Assembly: GCA_963820525.1 (NCBI GenBank)
Contig: CAWGAA010000002.1
Coordinates: 64,001 to 128,000, forward strand
Length of the DNA stretch: 64,000 nucleotides
Origin: an uncultured Spirochaetota bacterium
GTDB taxonomy: Bacteria; Spirochaetota; Spirochaetia; SZUA-6; Fen-1364
Reading direction: 5' to 3'
Below, in pieces: positions 8,847 to 18,178 of this stretch (the stretch's first letter is position 1; each line of letters opens with the position of its first letter). A program made the translations under genes and the position numbers. The notes beneath the pieces are model-generated. The model did not search any database. It saw only the letters and a program-made list of their open reading frames with translations, and was not told the DNA's origin.

Positions 8847-10535
8847 CTATTTCTTTCCGAGCTTCTTGTTCACATCGTCAACATGCTTCGCCCACACGAC
8901 CTTCCGCACGTCCTCCAGGCCATTGGCACGGATCTCGTCCATCGCCTTGGTATAGACCCCTTCGAACGTGGCGTCATCCGACGCGATGGTCATCTGCGCG
9001 ATCGTCTTGCCCCATACGTCCTTGATCTTTTGCAGCTGGATCCCTTCCTTCGAGGAGGGAGCCGGCTCGATGGATGCCGACCCTGCATCCGGGCCGCCGA
9101 TGCCAAGATCGTAGATGTCCTTGGCATACTTCCCGGTGGCAATGAGGTAGTCCGTGTACCCATGGGGTGCAATGGCGAGCTTCTGGTAGACGGCCGGCAC
9201 TGAGCGCCACATCATCAGGCGCCGCTCGAAGCCGTACTTGTCCCAGAAGGCGTCACCCGTCTTGTTCAGCTCGTCGAGGATCGCCGGCGTGTATTTGGGG
9301 ATGCCGTTCACGATGTTGTAGGTTTCACCCAGCTTCCCGAAGAGGTTGTCCATCTGGCCTTCTTCACTCCAGGAGTACTCGAAGTAGCGGATGATGCGGC
9401 CCGGGTTCTTCGCGTCCTTGGTGACCATCGATCCCACCCATCCCGTGCTCCGACCGCCTGCGTACTGGGGGTCCTTGCCTCCGACGTGGAGGTACTCCAA
9501 CGGGATGTAGGTGTTCTTCTCGTCCCCCGTCACCTGCATGATCTTGGTGTTGTGCTGCTTGTAGATGTCGATGGGGTAGCGCGTCGTCACGGCGAAGATG
9601 CCGGCATTCACTTCATCCCCAAAGGTTTCCTGACGCGCGGTGACCCTATCGACGCTCATCAGACCCTCTCGGACCAGGGTGTTGAGGAACTTGATACTAT
9701 CCACCATACCCTTGGACTCGAAACAGAACTTGATGGTGTTCCCCTCCAGGTAGTAGCCACAGCCGTACGTCTCGGGAGCGAAGGCGCCCAGCAAGTAACT
9801 AAGCGTGAAGCATCCGGTGAGGCCCCACTGGTTGACGTCGACCGGCGGCTCGATGGTGATCACCTTCTTGTCGGGGTACTTCTGCTTGATCATCTTGAGC
9901 ATGGCGATGAACTTCTCGGGCGTATCCACGGAGGGCTTGCCCAGGGCTTCGTAGATCCCCTTCTGGATGAAGAAGGGCCGGTAGAGTTGCTTCTCCAGCG
10001 ACCGCTGGTAGTCCTCCTTGGACGCCATGAACGAAGGCAGATAGTAGAGGTTGCCGTCGGCCTGGCTGTGGTAGACCTTGACGTCCTGCGCAATTTGGTC
10101 CCAGAACTCGGGCGCGTACTTGTCCGTGAGCTCCTTGATCGGATAGATCTTGCCCGACGCGATGATCCTCTTCGTCATGTCCGCGTACCATTCAAGCACC
10201 ATGGCATCGGGCAGTTTCCCGGACGCCACTATGACGCTCAGGTACTCCTTTTCGTCACCTGTGGGGACGATGATGTTGGGATGCACGCCGGTCTTCTGCT
10301 CGATCACCTTCTCGACGTAGCTCCCCTTCCAGGGATAGAAGGTACCCCACGCGCCGTAGAAGTAGAGATCGAACTGGAACGGCGAGGTATCCTTCTGCCA
10401 CGACAGCGCCGCCCCCGGCTGCCCCGAGGGCGCCGGAGTCCCTGCCTCTTTCTGCCCCGCTGCAAAACACAGCGCGGCAGATACCATGAGAACGAGTACG
10501 AGCCCCGCTCTCAAAGCACATATACTTCTTTTCAT
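8847..10535 (-). CDS. Carbohydrate ABC transporter solute-binding protein
   Basis: Signal peptide ending FAAGQKE, KTGVH..IIV, ASGKLPD, DGNLYYLP; lies downstream of two permeases. Confidence 0.9.
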   Translation of the reverse strand: MKRSICALRAGLVLVLMVSAALCFAAGQKEAGTPAPSGQPGAALSWQKDTSPFQFDLYFYGAWGTFYPWKGSYVEKVIEQKTGVHPNIIVPTGDEKEYLSVIVASGKLPDAMVLEWYADMTKRIIASGKIYPIKELTDKYAPEFWDQIAQDVKVYHSQADGNLYYLPSFMASKEDYQRSLEKQLYRPFFIQKGIYEALGKPSVDTPEKFIAMLKMIKQKYPDKKVITIEPPVDVNQWGLTGCFTLSYLLGAFAPETYGCGYYLEGNTIKFCFESKGMVDSIKFLNTLVREGLMSVDRVTARQETFGDEVNAGIFAVTTRYPIDIYKQHNTKIMQVTGDEKNTYIPLEYLHVGGKDPQYAGGRSTGWVGSMVTKDAKNPGRIIRYFEYSWSEEGQMDNLFGKLGETYNIVNGIPKYTPAILDELNKTGDAFWDKYGFERRLMMWRSVPAVYQKLAIAPHGYTDYLIATGKYAKDIYDLGIGGPDAGSASIEPAPSSKEGIQLQKIKDVWGKTIAQMTIASDDATFEGVYTKAMDEIRANGLEDVRKVVWAKHVDDVNKKLGKK

Positions 10536-10594
10536 ATGACCTCCTTAAAGGACTGTGTCCACACAAGCGGGCCAACGGCCCGTCGCCTTGTGTG

Positions 10595-11470
10595 CTAACC
10601 CTTGAGAGACCCGATCATGACCCCCTTCACGAAATACCTCTGGAGAAAGGGATAGATGATCACGATGGGGAACGTCGTGAGCACCATCGTGGCCAGGCGC
10701 AGCGACTGGCTAGAAACGCTTTGGCTGCTGTAGTTCGCCGACATAACACTCACGTTGACCGACTGGATGGCCTTCACCAGGTACTGCTGGAGCGTCAGGA
10801 GCTTGCGCCCGCCGTAGAGCATGGCGTCGAACCACGAGTTCCAATGCCACACCCCGTAGAACAGCGCGATGGTGGCCAGGACGGCCGTGGATAGGGGAAG
10901 GATGAGCTGCACGAAGATCCGGATCTCCGTGGCCCCGTCCATGTACGCGGATTCCTCGATCTCCGGCGAGATCTCCCGGAAGAACGACATCATGATGAAG
11001 GCGAAGAATGCGTTGAACATGTTGGGGATGATGAACACGAGGAAATTGCCGTACAGATGCAGCCCCTGGGCGATCAGCAAGTAGGTGGGGATGAGCCCCC
11101 CGCTGAAGTATATGGTCACGAGGGTCATGCCCAAGAATACGTTTCGCCCCCAGAGTCTCTTCTTCGAGATCCCATAGGCAAATGCCGCGGTGAAAAGCAC
11201 TCCCACCACGGTTCCAACTACAGTACGCGCCGTCGTGACCCATATGGCACGCAGGATCTCCGGGTCCCTCAGCACGTACTGGAAGTTGAGGACGGAAAAC
11301 ACCCGAGGCCAGAAGTAGACCGGACCCCTCAGAAGGTCCGTGGGATCGTTGAAGGAGGAGACGATAATGTAGAGGAAGGGGTAGAAGCACGCCACCATGA
11401 CGAGCGAGAGGAAAAGGGTGTTCAGCGTCACGAAAATTGCCTGTCCGACTGAAGTCCGTCCTATTCTCAT
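10595..11470 (-). CDS. Carbohydrate ABC permease
   Basis: EIEESAYMDGA EAA motif, FSGGLIPTY, HWNSWFDA, FVKGVMIGSLKG; start at MRIGRTSV. Confidence 0.92.
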   Translation of the reverse strand: MRIGRTSVGQAIFVTLNTLFLSLVMVACFYPFLYIIVSSFNDPTDLLRGPVYFWPRVFSVLNFQYVLRDPEILRAIWVTTARTVVGTVVGVLFTAAFAYGISKKRLWGRNVFLGMTLVTIYFSGGLIPTYLLIAQGLHLYGNFLVFIIPNMFNAFFAFIMMSFFREISPEIEESAYMDGATEIRIFVQLILPLSTAVLATIALFYGVWHWNSWFDAMLYGGRKLLTLQQYLVKAIQSVNVSVMSANYSSQSVSSQSLRLATMVLTTFPIVIIYPFLQRYFVKGVMIGSLKG

Positions 11471-11478
11471 CCTCGTCC

Positions 11479-12498
11479 TCAATATAGGCTCTGTCCCGTG
11501 AGCCGCCGGGACACCGAGTTGGCGATGGTGAGGAGGATCACGGCCGCCACCGAGCGGAACATTCCAACAGCCGCGGCGTAGGAGTAGCGCGTGAGCTGGA
11601 TGCCCATCCGGTAGGTGTAGGTGTCGATGATCTCCGTTGCATCGTGGATGATTGAGTTGCTGAGCAGGTACATCTGCTCGAAGAACTCGAAGTTGGCGCT
11701 GATGAGGCCCGCTACGGTGAAGATCAGGAGCACGATGATGGTCGGTTTGATGGAGGGGAGGGTGATATGCCGGATCCGGGTCCAACGGTTCGCCCCGTCT
11801 ATCGCGGCGGCCTCGTACAGAGTGGGATCGATGCCGGTTATGGCGGCGATGTAGATGATGGATTCCCACCCGAAGGACTTCCAGACGTGGCTCACGACCA
11901 CGAGGGACGGGACGTACGTTTCCGATGCGAGGAACAGGAGGGGCTTCTGCACGATTCCGAGCTGGAGAAGGATCTTGTTGACAATACCGTCGTCCACCGC
12001 AAGCACGACGTACAGGAAGCCCGACACGAAGACCCACGAGATGAAGTGCGGCAGGTAGCTCACCGTCTGGACGAACTTCTTAAACGAGAGTTTCTGCACC
12101 TCGTTCAGGAGGATGGCGAAGATGATCGGCGCGGGGAAGCCGAAGAGCATCTTCAGCAGGCTATAGAAGATTGTGTTCCACAGGGCGTGGAGGAAGTATT
12201 TGTCCGTGAAAGCCTCCTGGAACTGCTTCAAGCCCACCCAGGGACTCTGCGTGAATCCCTTGATCGGTCCCAGGAAGAGGTCGTATTCCTTGAAGGAAAT
12301 AACCAGACCGAGCATCGGGACGTAGTTGAAGACGATCATCCAAACCACAGCCGGAATCACGAGAATCAGGAGGTATCTCTGTCGTACGAGCGTATGCAGA
12401 AGGGAGGGGGCGTTCAACGGCGAACGAACGGCTCTGACCCTGCGGCCGCGGTCCGTTGCTGAATCTCGCTTCTTCAGCGTGCTCACGGAACCCTGCAT
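11479..12498 (-). CDS. Carbohydrate ABC permease (LplB-like)
   Basis: YLPHFISWV, LYEAAAIDGANRW, IIDTYTY. Confidence 0.92.
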   Translation of the reverse strand: MQGSVSTLKKRDSATDRGRRVRAVRSPLNAPSLLHTLVRQRYLLILVIPAVVWMIVFNYVPMLGLVISFKEYDLFLGPIKGFTQSPWVGLKQFQEAFTDKYFLHALWNTIFYSLLKMLFGFPAPIIFAILLNEVQKLSFKKFVQTVSYLPHFISWVFVSGFLYVVLAVDDGIVNKILLQLGIVQKPLLFLASETYVPSLVVVSHVWKSFGWESIIYIAAITGIDPTLYEAAAIDGANRWTRIRHITLPSIKPTIIVLLIFTVAGLISANFEFFEQMYLLSNSIIHDATEIIDTYTYRMGIQLTRYSYAAAVGMFRSVAAVILLTIANSVSRRLTGQSLY

Positions 12499-12627
12499 GA
12501 CGGTATTGTGCGGGGGAGCGAAGGGAGCTGTAAAGTGACAAAGGACATCAAAACGAACCGAGATACGGTACTTTTGTCACAAGCACGTAGGCGCCGCAGG
12601 GATCTCCCATGGCTCCCCTCTTCCCCA

Positions 12628-13284
12628 TCAGGGCTGCGCGAGAGGCCACATCTTCTTCAGCTTCTGGATGAGCTCCATCCTGTCTCCCGCGTCGAAGGCA
12701 TCATAGAGGGAATGGATATAGTTCCTCACGCTGCGTTCCGAGATGCCGAGTGTCTCAGAAATCTGCCGGTTGTTCATAAGGCGCATCACGAGGTTCAACA
12801 CGTCCCGCTCACGCGGCGTGAGCCCTTCCATGATATTGTCCTGCGCACCCAACTCTCCCTCCTGGGAGCGGACTATCTTTTCCGTTACGGTCTCTGCAAA
12901 GAGCGTAGCCCCTCGAATGACCGCCTGAAGGTAAAGGACGAGGTCCTCCGGGGTCATGTTTTTCATAAGATAGCCAACCGCGCCGTATTTTACCGCGAAA
13001 TGCACGTACTCGTCGTCGTCGAAGGTCGTGAGCATCACGATCTTGATCTCTGGAAAGCTGCGATGGATCAGCTTGGTTGCTTCCACACCGTCCATGCGCG
13101 GCATGCGCACGTCCATGAGGATGACGTCCGGCCGCTTCGACTCCGCCATGTCGATGGCCATCTCTCCGTCGGTGGCGATACCGACCAACTCGATGTCCTC
13201 CGAGATCCCCTTCAGCACGTACTGGAGGCTCTCGGCGAAGAGGACCTGATCATCAGCGATCAGAAGCTTTATCTTCGTGGCCAT
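12628..13284 (-). CDS. NarL/LuxR-family response regulator
   Basis: IADDQ, DVILMDVRMP, LTTFDDDEY, LTPRERDVL HTH. Confidence 0.93.
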   Translation of the reverse strand: MATKIKLLIADDQVLFAESLQYVLKGISEDIELVGIATDGEMAIDMAESKRPDVILMDVRMPRMDGVEATKLIHRSFPEIKIVMLTTFDDDEYVHFAVKYGAVGYLMKNMTPEDLVLYLQAVIRGATLFAETVTEKIVRSQEGELGAQDNIMEGLTPRERDVLNLVMRLMNNRQISETLGISERSVRNYIHSLYDAFDAGDRMELIQKLKKMWPLAQP

Positions 13285-14512
13285 TTTCCTTTCCCGTGGG
13301 CAGATACATCGAGATCCTGAACCCCGTTTCAGCAGGATCGATAGCTACTCTGCCTCCCACGAGCGTGGCCCGCTCCTGCATCCCCTGGATGCCGATGCCT
13401 GGTGTCACGCCGTTCGGGCATCCGATTCCGTCATCGTCAAGCATGATCCTCAGGTTGTCTCCGTAGTCCCAGAGCATGATGGTCACCCGGGAGGCGCGTC
13501 CGTGGCGGAATGCATTGATGAGCCCTTCCTGTATGAAATGGTAGACCGCTTCGGGAAAACGCTCCAGATCCCTGATGTCGGCGTTGCCCATCTCATAGCG
13601 TACCTGCATGCCGGTGGAAATCGCGAAGACCTTCACCAGCTTTTTGACCGCCCAGTAGACGGACTCCTCCTTATGCTCTCGGGTGCGGAAATCCTGGAGG
13701 ATTCTCTTGATATTCGCGAGCCCTTCCTCCGTGTGGGCGCGGATGCGTTTGATGTAGGCCGGCACCCGCTCGGGCTCGGTGCGCACCATAACCTTGATCG
13801 CCTCCATCATCATGACCGTGTTGGTCAGTGTGTACCCGATGGCGTCATGGATGTCGCGCGTCAGCCTGTCCCGCTCCCGGGTGCGGGACTCCTGCTCGAT
13901 GTCCTTTGCATAATTCTGGGACAGGATATTGGCCCGGGTGAGTGAGGCGACGTTCTCCTCCAACCGGTCTGCGTATTTCTGCAGGTCGATGGTCTTCTCG
14001 TGCGTGCGGATCAGAAGCGAGCCGAGCGTCGCCAGCGCAATCCCCGTGAGCGCCATGGCGGCCGCCGCGAGGACTCCAGGACCGCCTCCGAGCAGGAGCG
14101 TCGCGGGCAGCAGCAACGCGGCTGCGCAGCTCAGGACGAGGCACGTCGGGAATGGCTCGAACAACAGCGCCCACAGGACGTTCGTGAGGACAAGCAGGAA
14201 ATTCGTCTCCAGGCGCAGCCTGTAGCAGTTCATCAGAAACGCAGTCCCGCAGGTGTAGAGCGCCAGCAGGTAGCGGAACGCGGTCTCCTTCTTCACCGCT
14301 ATCATGCACGCGGCACACACCGCCAGCGCAAAGACTCCGAGACCGTAGATGAGCTGCGCAATGGTCTCCGCGAACAGGAGAGAGGCTGCGCGGCGATCCG
14401 TGGCAACAAGGGCATAGGCCAACAGCGCAAGCGCGTACGCGCCAAAAACAAATGGAGCGCGCCAGGAGCCGACGCGTTGGGCGATACGCATGAAACGTTC
14501 TATGGGTCGCAT
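13253..14512 (-). CDS. Membrane sensor histidine kinase (HisKA_3 type)
   Basis: TM helices, ERDRLTRDIHDAIG, QEGLINAFRHG, DDGIG, GIGIQGMQER. Confidence 0.92.
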   Translation of the reverse strand: MRPIERFMRIAQRVGSWRAPFVFGAYALALLAYALVATDRRAASLLFAETIAQLIYGLGVFALAVCAACMIAVKKETAFRYLLALYTCGTAFLMNCYRLRLETNFLLVLTNVLWALLFEPFPTCLVLSCAAALLLPATLLLGGGPGVLAAAAMALTGIALATLGSLLIRTHEKTIDLQKYADRLEENVASLTRANILSQNYAKDIEQESRTRERDRLTRDIHDAIGYTLTNTVMMMEAIKVMVRTEPERVPAYIKRIRAHTEEGLANIKRILQDFRTREHKEESVYWAVKKLVKVFAISTGMQVRYEMGNADIRDLERFPEAVYHFIQEGLINAFRHGRASRVTIMLWDYGDNLRIMLDDDGIGCPNGVTPGIGIQGMQERATLVGGRVAIDPAETGFRISMYLPTGKENGHEDKASDR

Positions 14513-14591
14513 TTGTCTTTACTACCGGACTTTTACACTGATACTACACTGTCCCTTTCTCGTCATCAAGGAGACCAGTTATGCGTCATTC

Positions 14592-15180
14592 AGGCTGTCG
14601 ATTTAACCTGGTCGCGCGGGTAGACGGTGGCTCGAGCTTCGCAGACCGATGGGAAATCTGATAGAATAGCGCTGAATAAGAAAGCGGGAGGGGAACGTGC
14701 GATTTTTCAGGGTACCTAATAGAAAACAAATGTTGCTTCTGATCCAGGTGAGCCTTGATAGCATTGCGCCTGTGGGAAGCGTGTTGCGGTGTATCGACGA
14801 ATTGGTGGATCAGCTGGACACCGCCGAAATCGAAAAGAACTATGATCTGGAAAGCGAACAAGGCCGGGAGCCGTTTCACCCGAAGACGTTGATCAAGGTA
14901 GCCCTGTACGCCTTGCACAACTGCCGGTTCACTCTGCGGAAGATGGAAGAGGACACCCGCAATCACTTGGGCTACAAGTGGCTTGCCGGGGATGAGGTGA
15001 TCGATCATTCCACGATGGGCTACTTTTTGAGCCGCTACAAAGATCAGATCGTGGAGCTGTTCACCCAGGTGGTGCTGCTGTGCGCCGAGCAGGAGCTTGT
15101 GGACTTCGAGGTCCTGGCGATCGACAGTGTGAAGCTGCGTGCCAACGCCTCCTACAAACAGAGCCGGGATCTTCGAGGGA
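14592..15180 (+). mobile_element. Truncated IS1182-family element (5' part of transposase from 14697)
   Basis: GREPFHPKTLIK..LYA, SxRK-like TLRKME, WLAG...DHST, AIDSVKLRANAS; AGGCTGTCGA end-like sequence near 14592; homology lost after ~15180. Confidence 0.82.
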
Positions 15181-15330
15181 TCCCACCCCAACAGGCCGCC
15201 GAGAGCGGCAATGCCAAGCGCGAAAGCGCGCGGCAGGGGCCCCATGACGGCAGCGACACGATAGCGTCGCGGGAGTCATGGGGAACTATCCCAATTATCC
15301 TTCACCCATTTTCTTCGCTGAAGAAACTTT

Positions 15331-15445
<115 letters not shown>

Positions 15446-15514
15446 TTTTTTATTTGATTGCTGAATTGCTGCGCTGAATGTCACATGCGCATGCAATAAA
15501 TCCGTCGAGTGATG

Positions 15515-15760
15515 CTATGGCCTATCCCTTTCCACCGGCTCTATCTCCGGCGGCCCGAAGTAGCTCTTGGGAAGCGTGAGGTCGCTGATGATCAACTTCT
15601 GGAGGACGATCCCCGGATCTAGCATGGTGACCTTCAGAAGGTGCGGGCCGGGCTCGGCCACCGCGTGGGTGGATCTGAGGTAGCGCGCATTGTCGCGCGT
15701 GAACTGCGTCCACCAACCCTTTCCCAGGAAAATTTCGTCTGCTCGATTGGCGAAGATGTC
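15515..15760 (-). pseudogene. C-terminal fragment of a GH115-like glycoside hydrolase
   Basis: HLLKVTMLDPGIVLQKLII...SYFGPPE resembles the GH115 C-terminus; no upstream body. Confidence 0.65.
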
Positions 15761-16086
15761 CAGCTGTCTCTCAGCAGCGCTACAGCGCTGCGAACGTGCA
15801 CCGAAGGCGCACGTCTGATGCCGAGGGCGGCAGCTGGCTCGCGCAAGCGAGACAGCGAGAGCCCGAGGCCAACCGGGGCCCAACAGCGGCAGCGGCTGGA
15901 GCGCCGAAGGCGCGAAGCCGCGGGAGCTATGGGGAATCCTGAATCCTTCACCCGCAACCCTAACTGTGTGATTATTGCCTTGAGACCCGCGACTCGGACC
16001 TGCAACTGGGTCTGTTTCCGCGGTCGCTTGAAGGTCCCGTGAGCTCGGCCTCGCAATGCCGCGCGTGGTCGTGGTATAGTCACCCT

Positions 16087-17436
16087 GTGAGACTGACCTC
16101 CCGGGCAGCCTTTGCCGCAATCACCAAGATGGTCCTTCTGCTGGCCCTGGGCGCCGGGCTGGCAGCCTGCGGCCCCGGGAGAAGCCCGGGCCCCGGTTCC
16201 GGCGCGCCCCGGAAGATCCAGGTCATGGCGTCGGATGGCTGGATCTACGATGTCATGGGAGAGAACGCGAAGCTCTTCGAAAAGGAGACCGGCATCAAGG
16301 TCTCCTTCACGATCTACGCTCCCAATGTCTATTTCCGGGCACTCCAGACAATGCTCGCCGCCGGGGAAGCCACCGACGTTTTCCTCATGCAATCTACGAG
16401 GTGGTACCTCGGCAGCGACATCGATCCGCAGAAGTACTGTATCGACCTGACCAACGAAGAGTGGACCACGCGCCTGAAGCCCGAGTGGCTTCCGGCAGTT
16501 TCGTACAAGGGCCGGGTCTACGGCCTTATCGTCTGGGATGATATGGTCGGCTGGGTCTATACGTACAACGACAGGATCTTCAAAAGACTGGGGCTCAGCG
16601 CGCCCAGGAACACACAGGAGTTCATGACCGTCTGCGAGCGCATCACGCAGGCCGGCATCGTCCCCATCTATGAGCCGGGGGCCGCCCGCTGGCACTCAGC
16701 GTTGACGTTCTTCGAGATAGGCGCCACGTTCGAGGAGAACGACCCCGGGCTGTATGACCGGCTCAACGCGAACGGGCTGACATTCGCCGGATATAAGCCG
16801 TTCCGCCGTGCCCTGGACCAGATCCTCCTTGCGGCCGACCGCGGCTACTTCGGAAGCGACTTCATGGCCAATACCATCGAGGGATCGAAGACCGCGCTCA
16901 TTTCGGAAGCCGCGGCAATGACGCTGAACAAGATCGGGTTCGCAAGGAGCGTCCTCAAGGCGAACCCCGATTCCGGCGCGCAGTCCTGGGGGATGTTCCC
17001 CATTCCGTGGATCGACAACCGCACCGTGAGTATTGAACGCTCCGCACCCACGTGGTTCGGAAACGCGAAAAGCCGAGACCCCGTGGCGGTGCTCGGGTTC
17101 TTCCGTTTCTTGACCCGGGAGGACAATCTCTACCGGTACGCGGTGGACCAGCCCGAAGGAATCAGTCTCTCATTTCCTACCCAGCCAGTACCCCTGCTGC
17201 CGAACGAGCAATCGTTCCTCAGCTCCGCGCACCTGGGCGGAGAGCCTTTCCAGGGCGGAGTCAAGTACATCATGGGACAGTGGATGGAGATGGAAGCCGA
17301 CTTCGAGCAGATGTTGGTCGGCGCGATGGCTCCGCAGGCTTTCCTCTCCAACATCGACGCCCGTCGGGCCAACATGGCCGGCGCGGCCCGGGACCCCGCT
17401 TGGCAGAGGCCTACGGCCGGTCTATCGAATCCTTGA
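16087..17436 (+). CDS. Sugar-binding lipoprotein, probably a sensory partner of the adjacent two-component system
   Basis: LAAC lipobox, FEKETGIKV, YNDRIFKRLGLSAP; GTG start 6 nt after TATAGT. Confidence 0.85.
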   Translation: MRLTSRAAFAAITKMVLLLALGAGLAACGPGRSPGPGSGAPRKIQVMASDGWIYDVMGENAKLFEKETGIKVSFTIYAPNVYFRALQTMLAAGEATDVFLMQSTRWYLGSDIDPQKYCIDLTNEEWTTRLKPEWLPAVSYKGRVYGLIVWDDMVGWVYTYNDRIFKRLGLSAPRNTQEFMTVCERITQAGIVPIYEPGAARWHSALTFFEIGATFEENDPGLYDRLNANGLTFAGYKPFRRALDQILLAADRGYFGSDFMANTIEGSKTALISEAAAMTLNKIGFARSVLKANPDSGAQSWGMFPIPWIDNRTVSIERSAPTWFGNAKSRDPVAVLGFFRFLTREDNLYRYAVDQPEGISLSFPTQPVPLLPNEQSFLSSAHLGGEPFQGGVKYIMGQWMEMEADFEQMLVGAMAPQAFLSNIDARRANMAGAARDPAWQRPTAGLSNP

Positions 17437-18178
17437 ATGCGGATGGGTTTAGGCCGGTTTCCTTCTTGAACAGGCGGGAGAAATACAGCGCGTCCTCGTA
17501 GCCCACCGCTGCGGCAACCTGCTTGATCTCGAGCTGGGGGTGTCCCACGAGCAGGCGCTTGGCCTTCTCTATGCGAAGACGGATGAGGTCCTGCGTGGGC
17601 GTGCGTCCCGTGATCTTGCGGTAGAGCCGAAGGAGGTACGCTGCCTTGCATCCAAATGAAGCTGCCAAACGCTCGAGGGAGTAGGGTTGCCGGTAATTCT
17701 CTTGTAGATAGACCTCCACGGCCTTCGCCAGATCGTTTTCCCGGGCGCCGATCCGGTCCAATCCGAACTCGGCGTCCACCGATCCGGCCGATGCTTCCAG
17801 CCGTATTCGGATTCGACGGAGGGTCTCCCGCAGTATATCGACGTCGATGGGCTTCAGAATGTAGTCGTCCACGCCGAGCTCGATCGCCCGGCGGGCATAC
17901 TCGAACTCGCTGTAGCCGGAGACGATCAGTATCCGCAGGTCGGGATTCGTGCGGCGAATTCTCTCCACAAGCTCCAGCCCGCCCAGCACGGGCATCTTGA
18001 TGTCGGTGATGAGCAGGTCGGGAAGGTGACGCTCCACCAGCTCCACGGCCTCCTCGCCATCGGTCGCCGTCCCCACACATTCGAGGTTGTGGTCGAGCTC
18101 CGCGGTCTTACGGGCCAGATAGTCCCGCATCCTCTCCTCGTCCTCCGCGACGACGAAGGTGAGTCGACGTTCAGCCAT
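17411..18178 (-). CDS. AraC-type response regulator (YesN-like)
   Basis: VAEDE, DLLITDIKMP, SGYSEFEYA, VGYEDALYFSRLFKK. Confidence 0.93.
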   Translation of the reverse strand: MAERRLTFVVAEDEERMRDYLARKTAELDHNLECVGTATDGEEAVELVERHLPDLLITDIKMPVLGGLELVERIRRTNPDLRILIVSGYSEFEYARRAIELGVDDYILKPIDVDILRETLRRIRIRLEASAGSVDAEFGLDRIGARENDLAKAVEVYLQENYRQPYSLERLAASFGCKAAYLLRLYRKITGRTPTQDLIRLRIEKAKRLLVGHPQLEIKQVAAAVGYEDALYFSRLFKKETGLNPSAFKDSIDRP

